Source: a virus. From it: a stretch of 64,000 bases of DNA. The position numbers and the translations under genes are program-made. The notes under the pieces were generated by a model, which saw only the letters and a list, made by a program, of their open reading frames with translations, searched no databases and had not been told where the DNA came from. This document shows, in pieces, positions 1 to 9,853 of the stretch. The stretch spans positions 1 through 64,000 of IMG/VR virus record IMGVR_UViG_3300035034_000851; one strand, given 5' to 3'. Each line of letters opens with the position of its first letter. The stretch's first letter is position 1.

Positions 1-606
1 CCATCTTGTTGGAATTCTCATAATGAATATTATATACCAGAACAAAGATATTATGATGTAATAGCTTCATACAATACTGTATCAAATTACAATAATAATT
101 ATTACAATAATTTTCAACCTTTAAAACTAGACAAATCTAACTTTAGATCTGCTAAAAGTTCTCATTGTATGGATTCAATTAATTTATATTGTGATTCAGA
201 AGATTCTTATTCAATACATAAAGGTTATATAAATACAAGTTTTCAAACTGGAACATTAGCTTTAGCTTATTTACAACAACCTACAGATGAAAATGGGTAT
301 CCTATGGTTATAGATGAAATTTCTTTTAGGACAGCAATAGTAGCTTATTTAAAAATGAGGCTAGCTGATATAAAGTATTTTACAGACCCTACACCTTCTC
401 ATGAAAGATTATTACAAAGATATACAAATGACTGGCAATGGTACTGCAAACAAGCTAAGAATACCCAACTTATGCCTTCTAACTTAGATGAAAGAGAACA
501 ATTATACAGAAGCAATATGAGATTAGTTAAAAAAAGAAATGCTTATGGATCTTTCTTTGCTAATTCTAACAACTTAGATAATTTAAATTTTAACAATTAT
601 GGCTAG
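1..606 (+). CDS. Tail tubular/ring protein (crAss-like), 5'-truncated by window edge
   Basis: Frame is open from base 1 (no stop before the listed ATG at 169); 'INTSFQTG..LAY...PTDENGYPMVID...WQWYCKQA' resembles crAss ring proteins; lies just upstream of the muzzle-like gene. Confidence 0.6.
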   Translation, partial: PSCWNSHNEYYIPEQRYYDVIASYNTVSNYNNNYYNNFQPLKLDKSNFRSAKSSHCMDSINLYCDSEDSYSIHKGYINTSFQTGTLALAYLQQPTDENGYPMVIDEISFRTAIVAYLKMRLADIKYFTDPTPSHERLLQRYTNDWQWYCKQAKNTQLMPSNLDEREQLYRSNMRLVKKRNAYGSFFANSNNLDNLNFNNYG

Positions 607-3600
607 AAATAACAGAAGAAGAGACAGTAATGATAATGAAAGAAGTAGATATAGTCAGAACAGTAGAGATAGAAGAGACAGGAGAAATACAAAATTAAGG
701 AAAGAAACTATTGATAGTTTTGAATCTGGACTTCATACTGATTTTTCTCCTAACAGACAACCTGATGGCACATATAGATTTGCTTTAAATACTATTTCAG
801 AAACTACTGAAGGAGATTTAGGTTTTAGAAGTAATGAATTATCTAATGAATCTGTAGCAGCTTTACCTGAAGGTTTTCAGGTGTTAGGTCATACTTATAT
901 AAGTGGAGAAAAAGATGTTATATTTGCAGTTAATAGTTTAACAAACATTTCTTTAATTGGAACATTAGATAAAAATTACAATTTTGAAACTTTAATAGAA
1001 TCTGATTGTTTAGATTTTAATATATGTAATGAGATTGAAGCTACTTATAGAGTTAAAAATGGATGTGATACTATAATTTATTTTGTAGATCATTTGAATC
1101 CTGATAGATCAGTTAATTTAAATTACTTAGAACAATATATAAAATCAGATTATCAAGAAGGAACTGACAATCCTTTATCTAAATGGAACTGTGAAGAATT
1201 TCAAATTGAAAAAATTGATGATAATTTATCAGTTAGTTTTTTAAAATATTTAGAAACAGGTAACTTACCTATTGGTACTATTCAACTAGTTGTAAGACAT
1301 TTAGATTCAAATAAAAATGGAGCAGGTTATACTATAGCTACTGAAACTATACCAGTTATAGATGATAGATACTCTGAAACTTATTTAAATATAGATGGAA
1401 ACATTGCTATGAACAGTAATAAATCTATAGAATTTGAAATTAATGGTATAAATTTAAATTATGAATTTTTAGAAGTAACAGCTATTGTAACTACTGCTAG
1501 TGTAACTTCTTCTTATGTTGTTGCTGAATTACCTATAACGGAATCTTTAATTAGGTACACTGTTACTAGTATTGATGATTCTGTGCCTACTGATGTTAGA
1601 TCTATTAGTAGTGTAAAAGAAATTTATAGTTCTAAAAGTATTACTCAATTAGAGAACAGATTAATAAGAAGTAATATAAAATGCAACTCTAAAAATTATA
1701 CAGGATTACAACAATATGCTAATGACATTAAATCTCATTATGAAGTTTTTGAACAAGATTCTACTGATGTAAATGATTTAGCTGTAAAAACTGGAGATTA
1801 TTATTGGTATGGTAAATCTTATATGCGTGATGAAATTTATGCATTTGGTATAGTTTATAAATATAACAATAATACTTTTTCACCTGTTATGCATATTCCA
1901 GGCAGAGCTAAAGATTCTTTTACAGGAAGTACTCAAGGTGCTCACAGGCCAGATTCTATAACAGGTTGGGATTCAACTTCTTATGATTTAGTAAGTTCAA
2001 GTTGGGATAATGTAAGTAGTATTCCTGATACAGAAGCAGAACATTTATCTTTAATTGCGGGGGATACAGTTGAAAGGTGGAAAGTTTATAATACAGCTTA
2101 TAAAGATTCTTCTTTAAATTCTAACGTACATTCTGCGGGTCAAATGGCTTATCATGAATCTAATGCTAATTATCCTAATACTAAAGATTGTAATGATAAT
2201 TTTATATTTGGGGATTTAGTGGGAACTCCTATTAGACATCATAAATTTCCTGATAGTTCTTTAGAACCTCACTCTTCAAATAACAATATACATCCAATAG
2301 GTATTAAATTTAAAAATATAATTTTACCCCCTGATACTAAATCTTATAGGATTGTTAGGTGTGATAGAGATGAAAATAAAACTGTATTAGATAAAGGTAT
2401 TAGTTTTTATGGAAGAATATCTGAAGTTGGAGACTCTCCAATACATTTTCAACCTTTTTTAGGTAATTTATCTAAATTAGAACTTGCTATTGGACCAACT
2501 ACAGGACTTAGAGTAATTCCTGATGGTCTTGAATCAGGTGCTTTAATAGGTGCTGGAGATACAGTTCCTATTCAAAATACTATTAGTGACAGGATATGTT
2601 TTCATTCCCCTTTAACTAAGTTTGTAAAACCATTTATTAAAGCAAGTTATTTAAAAACTGAAAATGTTTTAAATGCAGCAGCAGAAACACCTTATTTGCA
2701 AAGTAATAGAAGAACAAGTATTGGATTATCTTTTAATACAGATGATGTTGAAATTAATGTAAATCCTTCTTTAAATACTAGTATTAATTCTGTAATAAAT
2801 AAACAAGCATATATTGGAAAAAATTCTATTTTACCTGCTGGCATTTTAACAGAAAAATTTATTAATAATTACTCTGATGATACTTTTGCTATAGAAACAA
2901 ATAGTAATGTACGAGCTTATGATGGTAATACTGAAGTATTTACTCATGCAAATGATACAATTACAGAAGGCTCTAATGGTAGCGGAGGAACTTTAAGATC
3001 AGGGTCACAAGCTATTTATCAATCATTAAAAGTTGTTAAAGATGTTTACAATAATCTTAACAGATTAATTTATTATACTGTATCTAAAGATTGGACTGAA
3101 GCAAATGAAACTTTAGTTTTAGGAGGAGATACTTTTATTACTAGATTTAATTTTATTAATTCAGGAAGAATGATAGCTGAATCTGAAGAATGGGTTAATG
3201 AAGATAATAAAATAGCAGATAGAAAACACAATTATAGTTCTTTAATAGGATTTTTTACAGAATCTACTATTAATTCAGAATTAAGACATGAGTTGCCTGG
3301 AGAACTTTACTATCCTAAAACTTTAAATGCAGGTTTATTTTTAAATTGTATAACTGATGATGGATCTGGTTATACCCCAAATTATTATAATTACAATTCT
3401 GATTTCCATAAACCAAATAATATAAATGCTTTTATTAGTTTACCTAATTCATATAGATATTGTTCAGATTGTGAGTGTTTATTTCCAAATAGAGTTCTTT
3501 ACTCTGAAAGATCTTTTCAAGAAGAATTAGCGGATAACTATTTAAATTCTAAAACTAATAATTATAGAGACATATTAGCTAACAAAGGTGATATAACTAA

Positions 3601-4942
3601 AATTTTTAATTATCAAAATAAATTATTTATAGATACAGAGGAATCTAGATTTTATTTACCTTCTACTAATCAAGCTATTCAATCTAATGAATCACAAGTG
3701 TTTATAGGAACTGGAGAATTCTTTTCTGCTTCTGTACAAGAGCTTGTAGATTCAGATGTAGGTTACATGGGTAATCAATCTCAAAGAGCTTTTAATATAA
3801 CAGAACATGGAGTTTTTTCTTTAGATGCTAGAGATGGTAAAGTATTTTTATTTAATGGTAAAACAAATGTTATATCTAATAAAGGTAAAAGAAATTTCTT
3901 TGAAAATAATTTAGAATTAAATTTAGAAACTGAATATGAAGATGTAACTGGTTTAGAATTTCCTTGCCCAGACAACCCTACTAATAATGTAGGATTTGTA
4001 GCAGGTTATGATACTAGATATGATAGATGGCTATTAACTAAACATGATTTTAAATTAACAGACAAAAGTAAAAGGATGTTAACTGAAGTACAAATATTTA
4101 ATCCAAATATACCTAGCACTGGTTCATTAAAATTTGAAAATGGTAATTGGTATATTGTAACTCCTGATTCATTTTCAACTGAAATAACTAAATTAATTTA
4201 TCCTAAAAATGAACCTACTTTATTTGAAAATTGTAGTTGGACAATTAGTTATTCAGTAAAAGATCAATCATGGACTAGTTTTCATAGTTACATTCCTAAT
4301 TATTATATAGATAGTAAAACTAAATTGTATAGTACTATTAACAATGACAATAACATATGGAAACATCATAAAAGATTTGAATACCAAACTTTTTATGGGG
4401 TACAATATCCTCATATAATTGAAGTAGTTGCTAATAAAAATCCTATAGAATCTAGTATACACAATGCTGTAAGATTTCATACTCAAGCTCAACAGTGGGA
4501 TCCAATTAATAAATATTTTATAGATAAAAGGTTAATAACTTTTGATAAAGCTAACCTATACAACAGTTATCAGTCTTCGGGTGACATAGACTTGTTAACT
4601 AAAAGGGTACAGAATCATTTAGGTAGAGACCAAGAGAGTTGGCATCAACAAGCTTTATTAGATATAAATGAAAAAGAATATAGCTTTAATGAATTTAGAG
4701 ATTTAGTTGAAAATAGGGACATACCTTTATTTACAAAAAATTGGGAAGAACCTTCTTTTCAGGACAAATACTATATTGATAAGGTGATAAATCCCACATC
4801 AATAAACTTAAACAAAAACTGGTGGGAACAAGAGGTATTCAGGGATAAGTACTTGTTAATACGACTTTTTTTCACTACCTTTGTAAATACTAAGTTAATA
4901 ACTAACTTTAATATTACAGATAAAAATTACACAGAGAGATAA
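599..4942 (+). CDS. Tail stabilization/muzzle protein (P22 gp10-like, crAss-like), 1447 aa
   Basis: N-terminal 'GLHTDFSPNRQPDGTYRFALN', 'KSYMRDEIYAFGIVY', C-terminal 'SWTISYS....WTSFHSYIP' typical of crAss stabilization proteins; size and synteny fit. Confidence 0.75.
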   Translation: MARNNRRRDSNDNERSRYSQNSRDRRDRRNTKLRKETIDSFESGLHTDFSPNRQPDGTYRFALNTISETTEGDLGFRSNELSNESVAALPEGFQVLGHTYISGEKDVIFAVNSLTNISLIGTLDKNYNFETLIESDCLDFNICNEIEATYRVKNGCDTIIYFVDHLNPDRSVNLNYLEQYIKSDYQEGTDNPLSKWNCEEFQIEKIDDNLSVSFLKYLETGNLPIGTIQLVVRHLDSNKNGAGYTIATETIPVIDDRYSETYLNIDGNIAMNSNKSIEFEINGINLNYEFLEVTAIVTTASVTSSYVVAELPITESLIRYTVTSIDDSVPTDVRSISSVKEIYSSKSITQLENRLIRSNIKCNSKNYTGLQQYANDIKSHYEVFEQDSTDVNDLAVKTGDYYWYGKSYMRDEIYAFGIVYKYNNNTFSPVMHIPGRAKDSFTGSTQGAHRPDSITGWDSTSYDLVSSSWDNVSSIPDTEAEHLSLIAGDTVERWKVYNTAYKDSSLNSNVHSAGQMAYHESNANYPNTKDCNDNFIFGDLVGTPIRHHKFPDSSLEPHSSNNNIHPIGIKFKNIILPPDTKSYRIVRCDRDENKTVLDKGISFYGRISEVGDSPIHFQPFLGNLSKLELAIGPTTGLRVIPDGLESGALIGAGDTVPIQNTISDRICFHSPLTKFVKPFIKASYLKTENVLNAAAETPYLQSNRRTSIGLSFNTDDVEINVNPSLNTSINSVINKQAYIGKNSILPAGILTEKFINNYSDDTFAIETNSNVRAYDGNTEVFTHANDTITEGSNGSGGTLRSGSQAIYQSLKVVKDVYNNLNRLIYYTVSKDWTEANETLVLGGDTFITRFNFINSGRMIAESEEWVNEDNKIADRKHNYSSLIGFFTESTINSELRHELPGELYYPKTLNAGLFLNCITDDGSGYTPNYYNYNSDFHKPNNINAFISLPNSYRYCSDCECLFPNRVLYSERSFQEELADNYLNSKTNNYRDILANKGDITKIFNYQNKLFIDTEESRFYLPSTNQAIQSNESQVFIGTGEFFSASVQELVDSDVGYMGNQSQRAFNITEHGVFSLDARDGKVFLFNGKTNVISNKGKRNFFENNLELNLETEYEDVTGLEFPCPDNPTNNVGFVAGYDTRYDRWLLTKHDFKLTDKSKRMLTEVQIFNPNIPSTGSLKFENGNWYIVTPDSFSTEITKLIYPKNEPTLFENCSWTISYSVKDQSWTSFHSYIPNYYIDSKTKLYSTINNDNNIWKHHKRFEYQTFYGVQYPHIIEVVANKNPIESSIHNAVRFHTQAQQWDPINKYFIDKRLITFDKANLYNSYQSSGDIDLLTKRVQNHLGRDQESWHQQALLDINEKEYSFNEFRDLVENRDIPLFTKNWEEPSFQDKYYIDKVINPTSINLNKNWWEQEVFRDKYLLIRLFFTTFVNTKLITNFNITDKNYTER
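4852..4883 (+). promoter_or_regulatory. Bacteroidota-type sigma70 promoter (-33 CTTG, -7 TACCTTTG) upstream of the cargo genes
   Basis: CTTG 4852-4855, 20-nt spacer, TAnnTTTG 4876-4883, about 60 nt before ATG 4945. Confidence 0.5.
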
Positions 4943-4944
4943 TT

Positions 4945-7788
4945 ATGAAATCTAAAAAGAAATATAGTAGAAATAAAAAAGCTTCACCTTACACCTTATC
5001 TAAGTATATGGCTGGAGGTGCAAGTATTTTTGATAGTTTTCCTGATGGAGGGTTAGGGGATCCTCCTCCAACTTATCAAGATAGTATGACTTTGTACAAT
5101 CAATACCAAGAAAATAGTGATTATATGAGTAATATGTTTGGGGGAGAAGGTGAATATAAACCTGGAAAAGGGACTCGTAATGATTTTAAAAATGGGTATT
5201 TTTACAAAGAAAATCATTCAAATAGTATGGTGCAATCTTTTGATGATCCTGTAAAACTAACTATGCCAAATCCTGATATAAATTTATTAGATAATTATCA
5301 AAAAGAAACAGATATTGCTCCAACAGGTACAGAAACATACTCTAATAATAGAGTATATCAACGTCCAGTTATTTCTGGTCAAAATTCATCAATGTCATAT
5401 ACCCCAGATTCAAATGACGGGAGACAAGGTTACCCATTTACTTATGAAAGTCCAGGTGTAGATAGAATAAATATTAACAGGTTTCAAAGACCTGTAGGAA
5501 GTTCTAATGTTTTACCAAGTGCTTCTGCATCTCAATCAAATGTAAATACTAATACTCCCCCAAAACCTAATATGAATACAGATTGGACTGCAGTATTACA
5601 ATCAGAAGGTAAAGATGGGTCTTATAGTTCTCGTAAACAAATGTATAATGATATGGGATTAGCTGCAGAATTTGGTGCTTACAATGGTAGTTCAGCTCAA
5701 AATATATCTGCATTAAAAAGATATAAAACACCAAAAACTAATACAAAAGAATCAACTGTTATTACTCCTACTGCTACTACTCAAAATGTAAAAAAAGATC
5801 CTGTAAATACTTCAAGTACTTCAGTTTCTAAAAATAAAAAAATTATTCAAAAAATAAATTTACATGGTAAGACTTTTGACGTGTATGATCAGGATGAGCT
5901 AGATAGAATAACTAAAATGTATCCTGAGTTAAAAAATCAATCTGGTTCTACTATAGGAGCTTCTAGACATAAAGAAACAACTAAAGGGTGGGATAATGAT
6001 CAATTATTAGATGCTGATGGTAATGTAATAGTAGATTTAAATAAAAATACAAAAGAAATGAAAAAAACTACTCCAAACAAAGAGTATAGTAAATATACAA
6101 ATATAAAAGGTAAACAATATGGTTTTAATACTATAGAAGAATTTAATGCTATTGCTAAAAACCAAAATATGCCTAAAGGTTGGGCTGAAGCTAATGCACC
6201 TCAATTTGCTAAAGGAGGTGCTATGCCTCCTAATGTACCAGGAAAATTAGATTTTTTAGAAAATCCTAATGGAATTAATGATATTCCTGGAGGAAATCCA
6301 ACTATGCCTTATGGACAAATGGGTCAAATAGCTGCACAAGGAATTGAACTTGGTGCTACTAATGAACAATTTTATGGGCAAGAAATAGATTCCCAGGGAG
6401 AAGCTGTAGGTAAAGGTGCTTTAAAAGGTGCTGGACAAGGTGCTACTCTTGGTACTATGATAATGCCAGGAGTTGGAACTGCTATAGGTGCAGGTGTAGG
6501 TGCTATTGCAGGAGGTTTATCAGGAAATGAAAAAAATCAAAACCAAAGAGAACAAATACAAAAACCTTTACAAAGTATGTCAGGTAATGTATCTCAAAAT
6601 CCTTATGGTATTCCTAGCATGGAAGAAGGTGGTATGATGAATAATCCTCTTATAAATATTCAAAGTGATGAACTTATGGTTGATTTAGATTCAGGTAATG
6701 TTATTGAAGATTATAAAAGCCCTAGATATAAGAGTCATTCTAAAGGTAAAAATAAAGAACATTTAGGTAACTTTGTAGAAGCTCAAGAAAATGGAGTAGT
6801 TATTCCTAGAAAATGGAGAGAAAGTTATTTAGATAATAAAACTTCTCGTAAAGGAATTATAAGAGATGTACTTAACAAACAAGTAGATAGAGAACTTTAT
6901 GGTAAAGATGTTGATGGTAATGCTAAATCTTTTGCTAAAATGAAAGATGGAGGTGTACAACAATATTTGTATGGGGGTGTAAAAAAATATAACTATGGTG
7001 GAGGAAATGATCCTCTAAAACAACATGAAAATGATTTAGCTAGTTTTAATCCATCAGGAGGTTTTCCTCCAGAAGGTGATTATCCTGAAATAGATTTATC
7101 AAGAATTCCAGATAAAACTGGAGAAACATTTAATGTAAATCAAATAGATCCTAGACCTAAAAATACTAATAAAGACAGTGTTTGGACTAGAGGTAATACT
7201 ATAGGTGCAGCAGGTAACATTGTAGGAGGTTTAGGGCCACTAGCAATGACTTTAGCAAATGGAATGGATAAAGATGAAGTTAATGAGTATGCTAATGTAG
7301 AAGGTGCTGCTATCAATGAGTTATCAGGAATACATAGAAGAGGTAAAGAAGATACTTTAAATAATATAAAAAGACAAGCTAATGTAGTTTCTAATATAAA
7401 TAGAAATAGATCAGGTTCTTTTGCTTCTATGTTATCAAATGAGCAAAACATAATAAATAACACTCAACAAAGTTTAGCTGAAGCTGGTTTAGGTTATGAT
7501 ACTAATGAAGCTAGTGCAACTTCTCAATTAAGAATGCAAGGAGATTTGCAAGATGCTAGAGGTAGAACTCAAAAGAATGTTAATGAAGATATGAATAAAG
7601 ATAATTACTACAGTAATCTTTCAGATAATGTAAGTAATCTTGGTGATATGACACAAGGTTTTGGTAAAAATATGAATCAAAATGAATCAAATAAAGTTAA
7701 ATTAAAAATGCTACAAGAAATATCTTCAGATTTTACTATGGATAGTAAAGGTAATTTTTTATTTAAAGGAAAAATAGTTAATGTGTAA
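4945..7788 (+). CDS. Putative virion cargo/ejection protein with glycine zipper and DUF3597-like cell-wall-binding segment
   Basis: 'GAGQGATLGTMIMPGVGTAIGAGVGAIAGG' glycine zipper; 'LQSEGKDGSYSSRKQMY..MG....YNGSSAQNISAL' resembles DUF3597; lies between muzzle and vRNAP. Confidence 0.55.
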   Translation: MKSKKKYSRNKKASPYTLSKYMAGGASIFDSFPDGGLGDPPPTYQDSMTLYNQYQENSDYMSNMFGGEGEYKPGKGTRNDFKNGYFYKENHSNSMVQSFDDPVKLTMPNPDINLLDNYQKETDIAPTGTETYSNNRVYQRPVISGQNSSMSYTPDSNDGRQGYPFTYESPGVDRININRFQRPVGSSNVLPSASASQSNVNTNTPPKPNMNTDWTAVLQSEGKDGSYSSRKQMYNDMGLAAEFGAYNGSSAQNISALKRYKTPKTNTKESTVITPTATTQNVKKDPVNTSSTSVSKNKKIIQKINLHGKTFDVYDQDELDRITKMYPELKNQSGSTIGASRHKETTKGWDNDQLLDADGNVIVDLNKNTKEMKKTTPNKEYSKYTNIKGKQYGFNTIEEFNAIAKNQNMPKGWAEANAPQFAKGGAMPPNVPGKLDFLENPNGINDIPGGNPTMPYGQMGQIAAQGIELGATNEQFYGQEIDSQGEAVGKGALKGAGQGATLGTMIMPGVGTAIGAGVGAIAGGLSGNEKNQNQREQIQKPLQSMSGNVSQNPYGIPSMEEGGMMNNPLINIQSDELMVDLDSGNVIEDYKSPRYKSHSKGKNKEHLGNFVEAQENGVVIPRKWRESYLDNKTSRKGIIRDVLNKQVDRELYGKDVDGNAKSFAKMKDGGVQQYLYGGVKKYNYGGGNDPLKQHENDLASFNPSGGFPPEGDYPEIDLSRIPDKTGETFNVNQIDPRPKNTNKDSVWTRGNTIGAAGNIVGGLGPLAMTLANGMDKDEVNEYANVEGAAINELSGIHRRGKEDTLNNIKRQANVVSNINRNRSGSFASMLSNEQNIINNTQQSLAEAGLGYDTNEASATSQLRMQGDLQDARGRTQKNVNEDMNKDNYYSNLSDNVSNLGDMTQGFGKNMNQNESNKVKLKMLQEISSDFTMDSKGNFLFKGKIVNV

Positions 7789-9842
7789 TGAGTAGATTTT
7801 ATAAAACTAGTAGGGGTACACCTGCAGATTGGGCATATGATATGCCTTACCAAGAAATGTTTCAAGGCTTGGGTGCAAAACAAATGCAACAAGATGCAGA
7901 AATTGCTAAAACAAAAAAATGGGAAGCTCAAAGCCAAAAATTAAGATCTTTAGAAAAAGATAATGATCAAGCTGAAGGAATTATGAAATGGATAGATAGC
8001 TCTGCAGATAAATTTTCTGGAATGGATCTAACAGACAGAGTTAATAAAAATCAAGTTCGTGATTTTTCCAGAGAAGTAGCTAAAACTTTTTCACAATATG
8101 GTGCTGCAGGAAATATTCAAGCTAATTATGATGCTAGAGCTGCTAGATATAAAGAATTAAAAGAAATACATAAAGATAATCCTATGATGGTTGAAAAAGC
8201 TATGAGAGGTTTTGATGATAAATATAAAGGTGTAGGTGGACAAGAAAAATATGGAGCTGAATATGAAAATTATGGTTCAAGAGGAATATCTAAATACCAA
8301 GATAACGTTTCTCAAGTAAGAACAGCTATGTTAGACGCTGAACAAGATATAGTAAAAGGAGAATTTACAACAGCTGTAATTCCTTATTTTGTCAATGAAA
8401 CTGAATTTACTAAAATGAAACCTGTAGAAAGAATGGAAAGAGTTATGGAAAGTGTTTTATCTCAAGGAGCTAATCAAGATTATATTAGAGATGCTGTAGA
8501 ATTTGGTTATGAGTCAGGTCTTACTAAAGAGTCTTATGAAGCAGACATGTATAAAGAAGTTCCTGTATTGCAAGAAGATGGTACTACTAAAATGCAAAAA
8601 CAATTAAATGATAAAAGTTATAAAGCAAAATTATTTAAAGATACTTATGGTAGTATTGGAAGTACTTATGAAAAATCTTCTAAAACTACTAATAATAGTT
8701 TATATAATCAAGACAGAGCTTGGTCTAGAAAAAAAGCAGCCATAGATGCTTTATTCCAAGTAACATTAACAGAAAATTTAGATGCTAAAACTAATAGAGA
8801 AACAATAGATTTAGTAGGTGAATTTAAAAATGAAGATGTAGAAATGAATCATAAAGTTGAAACTGTAAGTATGACAAGATCTTCAGGTGGATTTAGAGAT
8901 AGACAAAAACTTATGGAAGATACTGCTGAAAAGTATAATGTAGATATAGAAGATGTTTATGTAAATCCTATAAGAGATTTATCAACACCAGGTAAAGTTA
9001 CTTATGAAGTAGGTTATAAAAGACATAAAGAAGACATGACTTTTAATGATTTTACTGATAAACAAAAAAATCTAGTAACTCAATTAAATAATGGTAATCC
9101 TATAGATGATTTTGAAGAAGGTTTAACTCTTTTAACTAATTATCAAAACTTTAGAAACGCACATAATACTTATGATAATGCTAAAATAGATATACCTCAA
9201 TCTGAAAGACTTTCTCACACTAAAGAAGTTTTTGGAGATAAAAATTTAAATGGTTATTTAGAAGGTAGAGAATATTCTATAAGATCAGAAGATTCTAAAA
9301 TAGATGTACCTGATGATAAGTTATATGAACTTATGAATAGTGCTAAAGTTGGTGGTGGAGAAGGGTCTCCAAGAATATTAATAGATTCTTATAACACTGC
9401 AGGAGCAGCTGGTGGATCTTATATAGGAGGAGAAACTATAAGAATTACTGATGGAGACGATAATTACACTATAATAGCTGAAGCTAAACCAGAAGTTTCT
9501 AACACTTATGGAGTTCAAGGTAGAATTGGAATTAATGACGTTAAAAATAATGGAAGTGGAGAAATTAATTTTTATAAATTAAATGAAAAAGGCGAAACTG
9601 TTCCCACAACATATGATGTAAAAACTGTATGGAATGGAGAATCTTTTGAAAGTAAACTTTCTGAAAAAACTACTCAAAGATTACCAAGTGGAGAAGAAGT
9701 TACTGTATTAATGCCTTCAGCAATTAATTTTGATCAATTACAAAATGTTGTAAAAAATCAATTAGAAAATGATTTATCTAGAGAAGAAAGTAATCGCATG
9801 AAAAAAAATAATGCAACTACTTATATGAAAATGTTTCAATAA
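7788..9842 (+). CDS. Putative virion cargo protein, 684 aa
   Basis: Coupled to upstream gene (TAATG overlap); helical N-terminus; synteny before vRNAP. Confidence 0.5.
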   Translation: MSRFYKTSRGTPADWAYDMPYQEMFQGLGAKQMQQDAEIAKTKKWEAQSQKLRSLEKDNDQAEGIMKWIDSSADKFSGMDLTDRVNKNQVRDFSREVAKTFSQYGAAGNIQANYDARAARYKELKEIHKDNPMMVEKAMRGFDDKYKGVGGQEKYGAEYENYGSRGISKYQDNVSQVRTAMLDAEQDIVKGEFTTAVIPYFVNETEFTKMKPVERMERVMESVLSQGANQDYIRDAVEFGYESGLTKESYEADMYKEVPVLQEDGTTKMQKQLNDKSYKAKLFKDTYGSIGSTYEKSSKTTNNSLYNQDRAWSRKKAAIDALFQVTLTENLDAKTNRETIDLVGEFKNEDVEMNHKVETVSMTRSSGGFRDRQKLMEDTAEKYNVDIEDVYVNPIRDLSTPGKVTYEVGYKRHKEDMTFNDFTDKQKNLVTQLNNGNPIDDFEEGLTLLTNYQNFRNAHNTYDNAKIDIPQSERLSHTKEVFGDKNLNGYLEGREYSIRSEDSKIDVPDDKLYELMNSAKVGGGEGSPRILIDSYNTAGAAGGSYIGGETIRITDGDDNYTIIAEAKPEVSNTYGVQGRIGINDVKNNGSGEINFYKLNEKGETVPTTYDVKTVWNGESFESKLSEKTTQRLPSGEEVTVLMPSAINFDQLQNVVKNQLENDLSREESNRMKKNNATTYMKMFQ

Positions 9843-9853
9843 ATAAATAAAAT

